Source: Octopus sinensis
Lineage: Eukaryota
Direction of reading: 5' to 3'
NCBI RefSeq assembly: GCF_006345805.1
Contig: NC_043006.1
Location: 57,660,001-57,724,000, forward strand
DNA: 64,000 nucleotides
The position numbers and the translations under genes were made by a program. A model generated the notes under the pieces. The model was not told the DNA's origin and did no database searches. It saw only the letters and a list, made by a program, of their open reading frames with translations. Below are positions 63,190 to 64,000 of this stretch, in pieces; the stretch's first letter is position 1, and each line of letters begins with the position of its first letter.

Positions 63190-64000
63190 GTCCATCAGAT
63201 GATGTCTTTGTAGTTGCTTCATTCTAGAAGATCCTTTGCCCTTACAACAGTTGATGATATCGTTATTCCAGTCTTTTGGAATAACCCCTTTCTGTACAAC
63301 TTGATTAAGCAGTATGTAACATACTTTCCTGGATATTTTAAACCTATCAGTAACTATTGCAGATGATCCATTTGGTTTCTTACTTTCATGTCCTTCACAG
63401 CTATTTCAATTGTATAGCTGCTGATCTGAAAAGCTGATCCCTCAGGTGAACATACTTAGTCCATATCTCTCTCAACTATTCTCCGCATTCAGTAACCTCT
63501 TGTAATAGCACTTGTATGCCTCTCTCATCTCAACATCAGTGAGGGCACTTTTATCTTTACCTATAAATTTCTCACCAATTATGTCCCAATTTGTACTAAC
63601 ATAGTGTTTTGCAAACTGGAATACCTTGAGCTATCACACAACATTGACAAACCTCTTGCTTTTCATTTCCCTTCTTACTAAGTACACCTGTCATCAAACT
63701 TCTCTTCTAGCTACTTGATATTGTTCTTTACTCTCCACTTACCATTAACTGTTTCTAGACCTGTTATTTAGCATTCATCTGAAACATTGCTACATCTACA
63801 GATCTGATCTGTGACTTGCAACAAGTTCTCTCAGAGAAAGTCCTGGTTGTCTCTTATAAAGTCTCTATCTCATTCTCTTAAGAATAAGATCACCTAGTTC
63901 TTTTTTAAATCTAATGCTGGCTGAAAGATTTTTCAGTTTCCAAGCCTTCCTTCCCCAGATTGTTTAGTGTCTCTGGTTCTTTAACTGATATCACTAAATG
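63190..64000 (-). mobile_element. Decayed RTE-clade LINE ORF
   Basis: VFQFAKHYVSTNWDIIGEK...MREAYKCYYKRLLNAEN; KGVIPKDWNNDIINCCKGKG; stops and frameshifts. Confidence 0.75.

Overview
AT-rich, repeat-saturated animal genomic DNA. The SINE families, the (TA)n/(CA)n/(TATC)n load and the LINE/LTR types resemble what I recall of Octopus (coleoid cephalopod) genomes; this is an inference, not a database result. 0-5 kb is a nested retroelement stack: two Tx1/L1-type ORF1 fragments, a decayed Gypsy pol, and a young 5'-truncated L1/Tx1-clade ORF2 with an open 790-aa RT frame. 5-34 kb is intergenic-like: SINEs, microsatellites, a decayed L1, Gypsy LTR remnants and MITEs. From about 36.5 kb the DNA is visibly CpG-depleted, as expected for a methylated gene body, and carries candidate micro-exons on both strands; no gene was identified. 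Main result: at least four short fold-back inserts (262-363 bp), each bounded by a 10-14 bp target-site duplication, carry a minimal type I hammerhead-ribozyme motif, and further hammerhead motifs sit in microsatellite-flanked fragments. These unrelated families keep the same architecture (extra purine after A9, palindromic stem III), while the 3-8 core pair occurs as C-G, U-A and G-C. One family puts a tRNA-like Pol III head in front of the hammerhead. I interpret them as non-autonomous Penelope-like retroelements. Most copies carry a core mutation and no activity is shown. Most six-frame ORFs are microsatellite or SINE artefacts. SINE boundaries are approximate.
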